A stretch of 63,065 nucleotides of DNA, the filler included, from Polymyxa betae A26-41 (lineage: Eukaryota > Protista > Endomyxa: Phytomyxea), in the NCBI GenBank assembly GCA_003693705.1. It is 8 parts of 8 records of this genome, joined end to end, with 100 filler letters (N's around TTAATTAATTAA, not from the genome) between each part and the next. Parts side by side here need not be neighbours in the genome. Positions count along the whole stretch, not along the records: positions 1 to 19,258 come from RBZT01000401.1; positions 19,359 to 23,760 come from RBZT01000063.1; positions 23,861 to 27,560 come from RBZT01000482.1; 5 more parts are not named here. One strand, written 5' to 3'. How positions within the stretch are numbered: the first letter of the stretch is position 1; every line of letters starts with the position of its first letter. The notes under the pieces are model-generated. The model had not been told where the DNA came from, searched no databases, and saw only the letters and a program-made list of their open reading frames with translations. Shown here in pieces: positions 12,168 to 25,086 of the stretch. Position numbers and translations under genes: made by a program.

Positions 12168-14199
12168 TCACGAGTGTTTCTCCCATACCAATTCGCCAGC
12201 AACAAACGTCTTCATAACGTTGAGGTTATCGTCGACAATGATAAAATCGGCATCGCTGCCGATATTCAATGTCCCTTTTCGTGGCGCCAAACCGAGCAGC
12301 CGTGCTGGATGCAACGAGGCAGCTTCAAGCGCTTCCACTGTAGTGCATTGTGTATATCGCCTGAAGCGCCGAACACCTTCGTCAAACCGAAGAATCGACC
12401 CGGCCAGCTTCTGAGTTCCGGAAACAACGACTTGATCGTCGCTTACTTCGACGGATCGAGTCCCGAGCCGAGTTGGACTGCGAGGGCCTCCTGCCGCCGA
12501 GATTGCATCGGTCACCAGAACAACACCATCAGGATGAGTATGGTAGGCCATTGCTACTGCCGTGGCATGTGTATGGACGCCGTCACATATTAGACCTATA
12601 ATCAATCAATTTGGCAAATGCTTTTTTGAAAAGACATCAAAAGCGCTGAAAAATAAAAGTATCAAAACTGGCAGCACATTCGACGCTATGTACACCTATA
12701 TACAAATTCTGCGGTAATGATCGAAGTGAAAAAGGCAATGAAAGCGCGGGAAACAGAATATGACAACAGTGCAAAATGTGTTAGACGTAATTCAACTTTT
12801 CTGGCAAATTCTGATAGCCAAACGACAGAAAATTTGCTGAAAGCGGAATATGAAAAATAAGAGACGAACCATAAAAGGGTGTTCTGCAAGTCCCGGGAGC
12901 GAGAGTTCCGATGACACATCTGAAAATGTTCTCGTCAACAATCAATGAATTGAGTGAAAACGAGAGGTTACGTTACGGGTTGCGGTGATGGAAGGATCTC
13001 ATGGCGTTAAACCTGACGAAAACTATTAAATGGTATAGCTAGCTGCAAGATGGGACGACTGACATATGCGTCACGAAGCTCTAGACAAAAGCGTTAGTAT
13101 CGAGAAACATATAAAGCCGAATCCATAAACTGATAGAAATGAGGGAAAATACGAATTGACACAAACCCGGGCGCAAAGAGAGCAGTTTAAATCGACATTA
13201 ACACAGCGAAATGAAAACGGACGGGGTAGATTCGAAAACGGACGAAACTTGTTTGTATTCTTACCGCTCCGGCAAAAATCGCATCCCGACACTCTTCGAT
13301 TGTCGCATTACTGAGTTCGTTAATTAAAACTTCAGTCATTTCATTATCGACGAACGGCAAACCTATGGCCAATCGAAATCCTGATATCCGGGTAACAAGT
13401 TCGAAGTTCTTTGATTGCATCAATGGCACCAGGTAACTCAGGCGCCATTGTTATCATCCGAACCTATAGATAATTAGAGAATCGAAGGCCGGCAATCAAT
13501 AATAGCACAACCTGGTCCAGTTTGTGTCCATATGTTTCGAAGAGGCTGGCAAGGCCACGTTCTGGCGTTTTCAGCCAAGCGCCATCGTGAGCGCCTTGCT
13601 GTAACAGGTTTATGAAGGGACCTACAGCCGTTCAATGAACATAAAAATGTTAATGGCTAAATTACCCTCTAAATGGAGCCCAAGAACTGAAGCGCCTCTT
13701 GCAACGCTCCCTTCATAAAGATGCAACTTATCGAGGACTTTTCGATAGGTTTCTGCTGCTGAAGACACCAATGTTGGAACGAATCCGGTGACGCCGTGTG
13801 CTAGGAGCCCCCTTCCAACCACCTCACAATCGCTGACGGTGACATCCGGGTCGCTGAAGCTCACCCCGAAAGCGCCATTGATTTGGACGTCGATGTATCC
13901 AGGCGCCGCTATCATGTTCTTACCATCCAAAACCAAATCGGCATCGTATTCATCCTGTTTCGAGCTCGACCAGAACCGTGAATATTGGTCAATAAACTAT
14001 TTTGTGAATAAGTATTCGGATAAAACAGTGCAAATTGAAATATATTAACAAAAACATTGGGCTGATGTGAAAGAACCTCTTGACGAACCTTCCCATCCTG
14101 AATCCAAATTTCGGTGCCGGGATCGGATACAATCCGGCCTTCCCGAAGTATTCGAACATTGACAATTCGTATCGTTCGTGGTCGTTCGGCAACTGTCAT
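12168..14199 (-). CDS. nagA: N-acetylglucosamine-6-phosphate deacetylase (NagA/AMDHD2); multi-exon with a 17-nt microexon
   Basis: APGYIDVQINGAFG, HGVTGFVPTLVS, LGLHLEG|PFI, ITMAPEL, SIGH, THM|FNAM, GLICDGVHTH, LVTDAI, LAGS, HPARLLGL..KGTL.IGSDADF. Confidence 0.95.
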
Positions 14200-14661
14200 C
14201 GCCAAAGAAGCTGCCGATCGTTCGTCAAACCAGAATCGCAGGACAAATGCCTCTCTGGATCAAAGGCCGAGTCACCCTTCGAAATGTAACGAGCTTCGTC
14301 AGCACAGCCGCTGCCAGTCTGCCTCAGCATTTCACATTAAACAGTTTGCACACCGCAACTTTTTATTACAACTGACGCAGCTATTATCCACGACAGTCGC
14401 ATTTATTGCTGACAACTTTGCAGTTATCTCATGACTTGCGCATCTTTTAAAAAAGGACGTTTCTAGGTTGTAAACTGGGTTTTCCACTTTCAACAGCCAT
14501 AATGGGCTTGCTGACAGCGGTTTCCTTCATTGCTCTATCCTCTCGATAATTTCCTTGTTTGGAGCACCCTAATGCCAGCTGGCACCAATTTCATAACCAC
14601 GTACTATTCGGGCTAGATATGTTCGCCTGGTACTGCAACGATCTGCCAGGTTCGCCTTGAT

Positions 14662-16433
14662 ATGAGAGGCGGCGATGTCACCGATATAGTTCGAGCCGCT
14701 GAGAGACGATGGCTGTATAGCTTCTTAGATGCACCAGATTATCGACTTCGCCGAAAATTTGAATTTGTTGTCTCCGGTTGGCTTATGATGCTGATTTTCT
14801 CAAAATATGAAAGTAACATTTGGTTCAGAGCCCGCCCAACCAGAAGTTCCACAAGTAAATCGTCGAAGGAAAAGTAATGCGGTTTTTGCTGTTGTTAGGT
14901 GAGTGATATTCGACCAATAGGAAGAGATTACAATCATGGGAGGGAGAAAAGTGAAGACGACCACGACCTAGATGACGGCGCCGAGGACTCGCAACCCGAT
15001 CAAGAGGAGGAGGACGAACCGCTTTCCGCCATCGAAGACATGTTCGTATTTGGTTGTGATATATTGTTAATTTTTTTCGGTTTTTGATTTTTTGTGAATT
15101 CGTCCTATTGGTCTGTTGCGCTTCTTGGTTTCGTAAATCGACTACTTCTGAACATTACTTGAAAGCTTTCCAAAGCTTGTTAATTGAACAAAGGGGGTTC
15201 TCGTTTGCAGGTCTATGTCTGAGGAGATCTGGGAGATCTTCACACGCGGAAGTTCGTCCAAGACCGTTATCGATCTCTCCGAATGGTCCAGGTCACTTTC
15301 GTCATCATCGTCCGCTTTCACGTCATCTGAACATGAGTATCAGGTTCCATTTACGTCTTTTGAAAGTTCTCACACCGGACTTCGATATCGAGACTGCTCG
15401 TGCTGATTTACCTATTATTGACGATTTGGTTTGCAGCGCAGGATCTGCTTGATTCTGCACTAACAGTCTTTGTAGGGTGAGACGACCATGAATCGTATCG
15501 AATTTCATCAGGTCTTGAAGAACGTCGCCCATCTATGTTTGGGCTCTGCCGATTCTGCTGCTGATTTCTTCCGGGAGCTGCTTCCCGAGATCACCACGAC
15601 AGCTGATTCTGGATTCAACTCCATCATGAAATTCCGAAAGTCAGTTTTACATGAGAAGTCATTTAAACAGTCGACCTGGCTTCTCGGCTTTTATGAGAAG
15701 TTTCAATGTGTTTTATAATAGCAGAACTTGGGTTTATGTTTAGATGATTCTATCTGTTTTGCCAGAAGCTCGCAAGTATTCACAGCCGAAATTTTGGTGA
15801 GATTTAAAATCGTGTAGTAAATGTGGAATCACAGGTGGATGCCGTTGGAGAATATTCGTCAAGGTCGAATGGCGATGCGAATAGAGCAGATCCGGCAAGG
15901 AATGAACGACCTGAAGGGGATCGTTGACGACAACCACCCGCCCCATCTCATCGCATTGCAATCGGATCGCAGCAGCGCCGCGGACGAGTTCCATCGTATC
16001 GAGCCGGTACTGGCGCCGACCTCATCGTCGTCAAAGCCGCGGCCGGCGTCGGCTCTACCAGCATCACGATCCGTCCCGCGTCTGAAGTTGAAACCGCCTT
16101 TAAACCAGGCTCATGTACGGCGCAAGCCGTCCGCAATGCCGGCCAAGCCTCCGCTCGTGATCCCATCGACAACAAAACCAAGCAAGCGGCTTTCAGAAAG
16201 AGAAATTCCCAACGAAAGTCGCGGCGATGGGAATACTTTCACGGCGTCCGATAACGAAGGCCAGCCTCCACCCTCGCCGCCTCCTGAACCGTTTATAAAA
16301 CCAGAGCCACCGTTCCTGAAATTTGAGACGAATCCTCTCTCTGCGGTTCATCCCGTGCCAAGTTCTCGCCCTCATTCATCGCTCTCAAGGTTCTCCAGAA
16401 GGCTCAACCGATCAGCGTTTTCAAAGCCGATGG
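14662..16433 (+). CDS. Hypothetical multi-exon protein (acidic segment, helical region, Pro/Ser-rich region); 3' end unresolved, may extend to ~17930
   Basis: Chain of + strand ORF segments bounded by GT/AG (e.g. EEIWEIFTRG, MNRIEFHQVLKNVAHL); no recognised family. Confidence 0.45.
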
Positions 16434-17988
16434 TATCATTCCGCTGTCGTAGGTAAAGTTGCTGAACATCGCTATTAGAGGCCTCAGTCTGCAGCGACCC
16501 GGTCACTTTCGAACTTGTTCAGCAGCAGTGCACCAGATTGGGTGAGGACGATTTGCGTCCCGGATGATTCGCCGTATTCGTGGAAGGCCACGATTGCAGA
16601 AGCCAGGTGCGTTGACGCAATCGAATAATTTGACCTGATTGAAAATTTTTGGTACAGGGCGCAAGCTGCTCATTTAGCGAAGACACAGGCGCAGCGGGTT
16701 CTTCGGAAGAGGCTGCATGGTGAAGATGGGAAGCTGACAGAGCGCCTTCAGCGCGAGACCCAGGTTGGGATTCCGTGTGAGTTCTTTGTTGGATTTCTGA
16801 AATATTATTCAGAATGAATCCTTTCAAGTCGAAAGTGTCCAGTTGTCAAAAACCATCCAACTGCAATTATAAACGTTCTATAATTCCGTCGTTGTCAACT
16901 CTATATCATAGTTGCTGCAAATTAGTTATGATGGAATTCAGCTTCATATCTAAAGACGCAGCGATCTGCAACCTACAAGTCCTGACTATCCATCTTTGGA
17001 TTTGCATTTGCCATCACTGCTTTGTGGAGATCAAGATCTCACGTACTTTACACGCCTCTGCAAATACAATACTTTAGGTCTTCGACAATTCTAAGTATCC
17101 GGACGAGAGCGCGAACCTCAAGGAAGCGAAAAAGGAACAGATACCGTGGTTGACAGCGGTTGCGTGATTGGATATTTTCCAGTTTTGAATAAATCGCGCA
17201 TACCTGAAAGTACGGTCTGCCACCTGTGCGTGTTTGCATGCGTGGAAAATCCTGCTGGGGGCTTCCATGCGTTAAATTCATACAACGCATGGAATCCCGC
17301 GTGCGCGAATGAAATTTCTCATATTTTCTCCAGTATCTCTTGACCTTTCTTATCTTCCCATGGCCCCTCACTTCAGCTCCAACGAAGATAAAATGATTAT
17401 GCAACGCTTGTATGTACATATCGCAAGATCCAATAACAAGAACTAGGTAATCGAAAGAAGGAAGATTATTTTTGGGCAATGATGCCGATGAGTTCAAATT
17501 TTCGCGGCTATTCCTGATCAAAAGGAATAACGTAACCAGGATCAACTGAATAATTTATTTCCGCTCTGAAAGTTGCTAATTTTCTCCACAATCTGGCTGG
17601 AACAAAGCCAATTATCACCCAAGGGCAAAATTGATCGGGACATACATTACGTATGAACATCTGCACCTTTTTCTCTCGGAGCTCTTCCTGCAATACGTCG
17701 CCGCAAGCATAAAGAGGAATTTGTTGCAAAAAGCATTTATGTTGCTCAGTTGCGTAGAGCTGGCAAGGGACGTGTGGCGATGTTGTTTACGACAATCACA
17801 TGGATCTGCAAGCCCAAACGTCCATCTGCCGAGTCAGAAACGATTTCAGAGCACCCCTTGATTCAACAGGCTCTCGGAGGATTTACAGAACTGTTGACAA
17901 CAACGCAAGGTAAAATAAGTATGATCCAGTGAACAAAACCTGACACTGTATATCATAGTACATTCTATTGATAAACAAATCTCAATTT

Positions 17989-19258
17989 CTATCTGCGCTT
18001 CAAGCAGTTCGAATAGCGTAATTTGGCTGGCGCCGACGACAGCCATCGGAACACTGGCAGATAGAGCTTGGACAGGAGCGGCGATTGCAATCCAAAGACG
18101 GCCACACGGAGTGGAACTCCATCGGGATCGCGAAGCTCCAGATCGATCTCCGGACAGGCAAGCAGATGCCGAATCGACTCGGGATGGTCGTACTTGAGGG
18201 CGTAATGTAACAGGGTCGAATATCCGTCACGGGCAGACTGCACATTGATGATTCGGGAGAGGAACGATTTCGTCGTCAAGATCGCTCGAAGAAGCAGTTC
18301 ATAACGTTCGCTCAAATCGCCGCCATAGTGGATGTTCTGGAAAAGACGCTCGAGATCGGACACGATCACGGCGGCGTTGAACTGTGCGACGAACGGATCT
18401 CTTTTGAGATAGGAAAAGAACGCCTGAGCTCGTGCTTTGCATTCCGCCCTCCATTCAGACTTGTTATAGTAATAGTATCGAGGCACCTCATAGATTAGTG
18501 TCATTTGAAACAGATATGAGAGTGGNNNNNNNNNNNNNNNNNNNNNNNNNNNNNNNNNNNNNNNNNNNNNNNNNNNNNNNNNNNNNNNNNNNNNNNNNNN
18601 NNNNNNNNNNNNNNNNNNNNNNNNNNNNNNNNNNNNNNNNNNNNNNNNNNNNNNNNNNNNNNNNNNNNNNNNNNNNNNNNNNNNNNNNNNNNNNNNNNNN
18701 NNNGCGAGATCAAGTCGGAGTATTCATGCAATAAAAACGCGAAGAAATCCCTCCGTCCGTGTAATCCTTCATATAGAATACGACGCAGGCACGGGCCGGT
18801 ACGCCAGCGAATCGAGACGGCCGCATCGGCGACCAGGGCCGTGAACAGATCGCGATTTTCGGTTCTGGCAACGGTGCCCAAGAGCCCGTGTCCGCCGGCG
18901 ATCAGATCGGTGTCGAACTGCGCGGCGAACGGCGCCTTCTTCATCACGTTGAAGAAATCCACGGCCTTGGGTTCGCAGTATTTGACGTAGATCTCGATGG
19001 CGTATCGCAGTCTGCTACGATTGCGACTGTATCGGATCTGCGGCGTGGCCATCAGAACGGATAAAGACTGAAGACGATCAGGGCGGAACGCTGTTTGGCG
19101 GAACGCTGTTTCGAGCAGATTAAATGCGATATCGGAATAGAAGGGCTGATCTATAATAGTGCGAAGAAAGTCTATCAGATCCCTGGAAATGATAGATGCT
19201 GTAAGACCATAGACATCCGATCCTCGCAGCAGATCCGATCGCATCCGGGTCGGGGCCC
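17989..19258 (-). CDS. Ankyrin-repeat protein, 5'-truncated by contig end and interrupted by an N gap (18526-18703)
   Basis: DGYSTLLHYALKYDHPESIRHLLACPEIDLELRDPDG is an ankyrin consensus; duplicated PF.AQF segments on either side of the gap. Confidence 0.7.
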
Positions 19259-19358
19259 NNNNNNNNNNNNNNNNNNNNNNNNNNNNNNNNNNNNNNNNNN
19301 NNTTAATTAATTAANNNNNNNNNNNNNNNNNNNNNNNNNNNNNNNNNNNNNNNNNNNN
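19259..19358. other. Artificial contig linker 44N-TTAATTAATTAA-44N (also 23761-23860, 27561-27660, 31475-31574, 44673-44772, 55637-55736, 59221-59320)
   Basis: Identical six-frame-stop 12-mer centred in 100 nt, seven times. Confidence 0.98.
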
Positions 19359-19416
19359 ATTTCTGCAGTGTTTTGTCTGATCGGGTTGATCGTGTTAACG
19401 ATGTCTTGAATCTTGA

Positions 19417-20164
19417 CAAGATTCAAGACATCGTTAACACGATCAACCCGATCAGACAAAACACTGCAGAAATCATTGATAAGAATCGGCAAATCCATTC
19501 AGATATCGTTGACAAGAATCAAGACATCGTTAACACGATCAACACGATCAGACAAAACACTGCAGAAATCATTGATAAGAATCGGCAAATCCATTCAGAT
19601 ATCGTTGACAAGATTCAAGACATCGTGAACACGATCAACACGATCAGACAAAACACTGCAGAAATCACTGATAAGAATCGGCAAATCCATTCAGATCTCG
19701 TTGACAAGAATCGACAATGTGAAACAATCGCTGAATCGATGCACCAAATCCACTTAGACATCGTTATGACAATCAGACAAAACACTGCAGACATCATTGA
19801 TAAGAATCGGCAAATCCATTCAGATCTCGTTGACAAGAATCAGGACATCGTTAGCACAATCAGACAAAACTCTGCAGACATCATTGATAAGAATCGGCAA
19901 ATCCATTCAAATATCGTTGACAAGAATCAGGACATCGTTAGCACAATCAGACAAAACATTGCAGACATCATAGATAAGAATCGGCAAGGCTTTTCAGGCG
20001 TCCTGGATGCAAATCACAACATTCTTCGTCAAATCGAGTCTTTGAGTTCTACATTGCAATGTTTACTTTCATCTCTCTACCAGCCAAAATCCTTCGAATC
20101 CAGTAATCATGACAAGGCACCCACGTATCTACTCAAGGCCACAGCTCCTGAACAAGCTCCTTAA
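19417..20164 (+). CDS. Tandem-repeat coiled-coil protein (22-25 aa units, DIVNTINTIRQNTAEIIDKNRQIHSDIVDKNQ); 5' end missing
   Basis: In-frame 66/75-nt tandem repeats without stops, then a unique C-terminus. Confidence 0.6.
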
Positions 20165-21155
20165 CCTTTCTAGCTTTGTCGTGAATAGATCAGCTTTAAT
20201 ATCCATATATCTGGATTTTCGTGTTTTCGCATTTTGTATTGTCGCTTCTTAAATGTAATAATCCTTCTTTGCTTTCCGCTTCACCGGTGTTTACTGATGA
20301 GAATGAACAACTGTCGCTCCGACAAACTTCACAGTAGCCATGCCATGTACAGAAACGAGGTTGCTTTTTAGGATACGGGAGTTGAACAGGTGACAATGAT
20401 AAAAAATTGAAAGCTATGCAGCTGGCTTTAGGTTTAGAAGTAAATCTGTCTATGATCTTCAAAGCGACTTTCAGTTGGACACTTGAGTGAGTTGAAATGG
20501 CTGTGCATTTTTTAATTTTCAGAAGACAGCTGCGATGATACGTAGGCGATCAGAAACATGAACTCCAGAAGCGACCGATGACATTAAATTACAGCATGCA
20601 AACTGGGCTGAATAACAATTCGTTGTATGACAGTATTTCGGAATCAAAGGAAGCCTCAGATTCTGATTGCAAAGAGGAAAATTCAACAGACTGCTCGACT
20701 GATTAGGAGTATCAGAAACCGAGTAAGACAGCGAAAATTTCGCCGTTAGGTGAATTGGGGAATTGTCTGAAGGAAGGCATGGAAATAATGGGAGACTAAA
20801 TGGCAGAAGTCGGTCGCAGCAGGCCATAACAGCAATAGCAACTGTTCAGTTTTGAACGCATTTGACAATTGGGGGTTCTAATCGGATTAAGCGAAGGCCA
20901 CTAATGACCTCAATGCTATCGGCCAGAGGCAAGCCGAAGCCTCTGAAGGCTTGCCTTATTTGGCTTCAGCGCCAACAAAATTAGCGAATTTGAAATAAAT
21001 AAAACAGGCAAATAAATTTGTCCTTTATTGACGATTGCTTTCAACCAGTAGATCCTTGATTCGGTCGCGTTTCTCCAGGGGATCTTTAGAAACTCTAGAC
21101 GTGAATCGATGAAATCTGCCTGCAACGATATCAGTTGCCAGAAGAATGGATAAGC

Positions 21156-22060
21156 TTAATCGATACCTAAATGAGCGTCTTTCTGATACTCGAGCCCCGA
21201 ATCATCGGCAGGAACAATCAATGAATAAATTATGCAAACAATGCAGGCTACGATAGTTCGTTCACAGCTTTCGGGTGTCTGCATGTTCAAAACTCGCCTC
21301 AGGATTCTCCATTTCTCTTTCAACATACCCAACGACCGAGCAACTGCAAATCTGGTTTCGCTGTGCTGTAATTTCTCGCGTCTGGAACCATCTCGTCGTT
21401 GTGGCGTCATCATATTCGTCGAAAGAGTATAGCCAGCATCCCCTATGAAAGCATTCCTGGTGGCATTATCTCTACAGCGTTTGCCCCAAGGTTAGACATT
21501 TTCCACAACAGTTTATCGCTGTGGCTTCCGGAGCGAAGAGAACTATCCATAAACTTACAACGTCCACCGCCATTTCGCAGATTATTTCGAGGACTTCGTT
21601 GATGTTCAATTCCAAAGATCACGGCTGTTGTCCGCAACAAGTGAGGACATAATCGGGATTTCAGACTTTAGCAGTTTGGTGCATTTATACCTGAACGTTT
21701 TCGCCTGAAAGATACCCGAGAGACATGATTGCTTTCATTCGCATATCAATATAGGCACCCGATGAAGAAAGCGAGCACCGATCTCTAACGTTGTTTTGTG
21801 AATCAGCTCAGTAATCATATTGAAAGTGGTGATTTTTACACTTAAGGTTCTAATAAGCCATCCTTCGGCATTGGTTGAATAAGCGATTTTCCCTGGCTCG
21901 CTCCGATCCAAGTCTTAGTTCGTGGGCGTTTGAACATTCTCCGCCCGTTAACTGGGCAGCTGCGGCTGCAACTGATGAGTAAAAGGCAGCCATTGTACAG
22001 GCAATGGCAACGGTGCTCATCAGATTGGACATTGTTGATTTCAAAGATATCAGATTTATT
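21156..22060 (-). mobile_element. PIF/Harbinger DDE transposase remnant (frameshifted)
   Basis: GSHSD, IGDAGYTLS, HSETRFAVARSLGMLKEKWRIL, TIVACIV match DDE_Tnp_4/HARBI1 motifs across several frames. Confidence 0.85.
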
Positions 22061-22108
22061 GAAAAAAGTGTAGAAACATAGCCAAACGGGCCTACTCCTT
22101 GCTGAGAG

Positions 22109-22636
22109 TTACACAGTGAGATTTGACAGACGAGTAACCTCGAATTGACGAATTCCCAGAGCACCCATCGAAGGTCGTTCATTATGGAGCAGCATGCTCG
22201 AAGGACTTTCAGAGATGTCCGTCACAAGCGCATCTGGAGTAACCTCGCAAAAGTAACGTCCTTCTGGTTGAGTTAGCTGAGCTGCTGAGGGATACTGCAG
22301 ACTGGCACCAGAATCCGTCGCGACATCGAAATGCGCTATGATCTCTTTCAAAGCGATGCTGAGAAAGAATTAATAGATAAGTTAAGGGTACAAACTGAAG
22401 CAACCCGGGGGATCTTGCGACAGGAAGAGACTCATCTTCTTTGGCGACATTGACGATATCAGCTTCCCTTCGGATTTAATCAGAGGAAATACAAGGGTAG
22501 AACACAACTTGCTGACATTTCACTGTCACCAGCAGCATTGTAATCATCTGGAAGGTCTTCGTGTTTGGAGATCGACTTCTTCAGCAAAAATTCCGATGGA
22601 GGATTCCTGCAATTTTACTAAGACTGAGAGTCTCAT
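22109..22636 (-). pseudogene. Crinkler (CRN)-like N-terminal header, degenerate; paralog at ~33800-34200
   Basis: MRLSVLVK...LIKSEGKLISSMSPKKMSLFLSQD resembles the LxLFLAK header; IALKEIIAHFDV is shared with IALKEILAHFDV near 33930. Confidence 0.4.
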
Positions 22637-22860
22637 TAAAAATCCATAAAGCAAATTCCTGGAAGCTTTGACCAATTTTGGCTTGGAAGAAGCCCCGAAA
22701 AAGTATTCACTTGAAATTTCCTGCCTTTAAACAGGCAAAAGAGGCGATTTCCAAATTCAAACAAAAACTAATTGAGGCCTAGGTGTATTCCGATATTTTT
22801 TGTTGAGACTGAACGAGTTTTGTGCATTGATGCAGTGTAGGACTGTCACTATCACATAAC

Positions 22861-23760
22861 TTGGTCCGTCGGTGCCTGTTGTCACCGCCTTCATCGTACT
22901 CGGTCAACAGCTTCACCAATCTGATAATGCATCGCCAGCGTGGGAGGCCAGCCAAACGGGCCAAGATCGGCAGCCCACCGGCTATTGAGACAGAGGAAAC
23001 CACTAGTCAATCAAGGACCACTTCGACGACACCAGATAACGAAATGGGGATGCCGATTAAAACGCTTAGCAATCGGGAACTTCGAAAATTCACAGAACAA
23101 TGGCATGAAATGTTCCCGACACCTTCTATCCCAGGCCAGTGCCTCGTATGTGGACAAATATTCAAAAGTGAAAAGTATGATGATGCTCGGTATATGTATG
23201 TAAAAACAATTTTCATCTGATGCCAGATCCGCCGTTCGACATGCATTTGATGCATACGTCGATATGGGCTCTGACACCACACGCGTTTGCAAGAAGGAGG
23301 TCGTCCTGGAAGCGGGATTGGTCCGGCTGAATTTCGCCAATCCTCACTATCGTGGGAACGAGATCGTTACGATTGTTAAGACCTTCGAACATGGGTTCAC
23401 CGAAATCATCAAAAAAGTTTCGCTTAAAATTTTGCAGCAGCTGGAGTGTAGGCACTCTTCAGGTTACTGCGGTTGCTTATTTATGGATTCAGACTAATGG
23501 TTTTCTGACAGCAGGTCTGACAGAACTTGATGAAGTTATTAAGATCGTCTGTAATCCCGAGATTAGTGGGGACCATGCCCAAGATGGAAGAAGCACTACC
23601 AGTAATACAAATTCAGGTATATCTGTGTATTGTCAAATATTGTTTTCTTAAAGGTTTCAGAGCCGGAAGCAGTTGATGCCAATGACAACTCGTCCGCCCG
23701 CCTGGACTGTGATGACGAGATCGATTCGGATTGTGAGGAAATCTTACAACCGGAAGCAGT
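22861..23760 (+). CDS. Hypothetical multi-exon protein with Cys pair (CLVCG) and acidic repeat, truncated at contig end
   Basis: ORF segments with GT-AG boundaries; the acidic repeat recurs at the start of the contig at 31575. Confidence 0.4.
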
Positions 23761-23860
23761 NNNNNNNNNNNNNNNNNNNNNNNNNNNNNNNNNNNNNNNN
23801 NNNNTTAATTAATTAANNNNNNNNNNNNNNNNNNNNNNNNNNNNNNNNNNNNNNNNNNNN

Positions 23861-23947
23861 GAATAAAACCTCGAAGCGGATCTGAAAGTCAGGTGTTAGT
23901 CAAGTATAGTTAACATAAGAAAACCTTCAGTTGAAAGGTTCTGCCAA
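23861..23947 (-). repeat. Repeat terminus, inverted copy of 27475-27560
   Basis: GAATAAAACCTCGAAGCGGATCT...AACCTTCAGTTGAAAGGTTCTG is the imperfect reverse complement of the other end of this contig. Confidence 0.9.
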
Positions 23948-24014
23948 ATTTTACGAACACTCTTAAGAAATTTGGAAAAATCCTCTACCAAACCAAAGAG
24001 GTTATAAAAAAATA

Positions 24015-24964
24015 TTACTTTTCAGAGGGTTCATTCTGATGCAGATCATAGCGTTTGCATTCGAGATCGACGATTTTCATGGTCGTATCGCCAATCTTGC
24101 TGTTCAGTAAAATAGAATGCAGAGGCGAGAATCGCGAAATCGAGCGAAAAATATCCAGGACGTTGACAACGAGATCGGCGTTCTTCTTGCGATTCTCGTT
24201 CAAGATGCGAGTCAACGCGCCGATTGCAGTCCCATTTCCACAAAGAACATCAAGATGTTCCTGATTTCGCGCCAGCTGCGCCAACAAGCCTGTGCTGCGT
24301 ACAACCTCCTCGATATTGTCTTCATAAAGCAGCTCTAGATAAATGTCCAGCTGATCGATGGTCGCCTTCTCTTTTGGTCGCTTCGGCTTCGATGGCTGCT
24401 TCGGCTCGCCATCCTTGATAGCGATCGGCTCCGTATCCTTGGGCTGCTCCTTCTTCTTCCAAACCGGCAGCTTCTTTCGCTGCCCGTTGTCGGGTCTGGC
24501 AGATTGATCATCCAGGTCGCTCTCTGAATCAGATTTATCCGATATGGCATCGACAGGGTCATGTTTAACAACGACAGCAGTGGGCGCAACCTCAAGAGTG
24601 GCCTTCTGCTGCATTTGGGTCACCTTCGTCTGATGTCGCTCTATACATTGACGTAATAAGCCAGCAACATGAGCTACTTTCGATTTGTGGATGTATTTGC
24701 AGTTGTTGACGATCTCAGCGGCAGCGGCGTTCAGGTCGGAGGCTAGAAGATACTGATCCAGATCGACTCTGCGAAACAGGTTGTCAGCCATCCCGGATGC
24801 CAGTGAATTGGTGATCGCGACCGTTTTTGTGACTGCGATTTGCTGACGATCTGGTCATCGGCGTTAATCAGCTGGGTTTCGATATCGATCAGAAGAGCGG
24901 CGTCATTGTCGTCAAGCGTAATGGCCCCTGGCTTGACCTTCCTCTTACAGCTGGATGTGGCCAT
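24015..24964 (-). CDS. KIFAP3: Kinesin-associated protein 3 (KAP3/KIFAP3, kinesin-II/IFT), 5' portion; remainder lies beyond the contig end
   Basis: KRKVKPGAI, EIVNNCKYIH.SK, ATIDQLDIYLELLYED, LAQLARNQEHL, GALTRILNE, SRFSPLHSIL..KIGD. Confidence 0.9.
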
Positions 24965-25086
24965 TTGTTCATTTTAATGACCTTCGTCACTGCTCGTCAC
25001 ACGAACCGCGATATTGCTCTTTGAAACGAGAACAGAAATTGAAAGAAGAATCATCCCTATTTGCCTGCCAAACACCAGATTAAGAA

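Noticed and set aside
19303-19314. Recurrent TTAATTAATTAA motif
   Set aside because: Artificial six-frame-stop linker embedded in Ns
19359-19473. Perfect 57-bp-arm palindrome with 1-nt loop
   Set aside because: Sits exactly at a contig end and mirrors adjacent repeat sequence; typical fold-back read or assembly artefact
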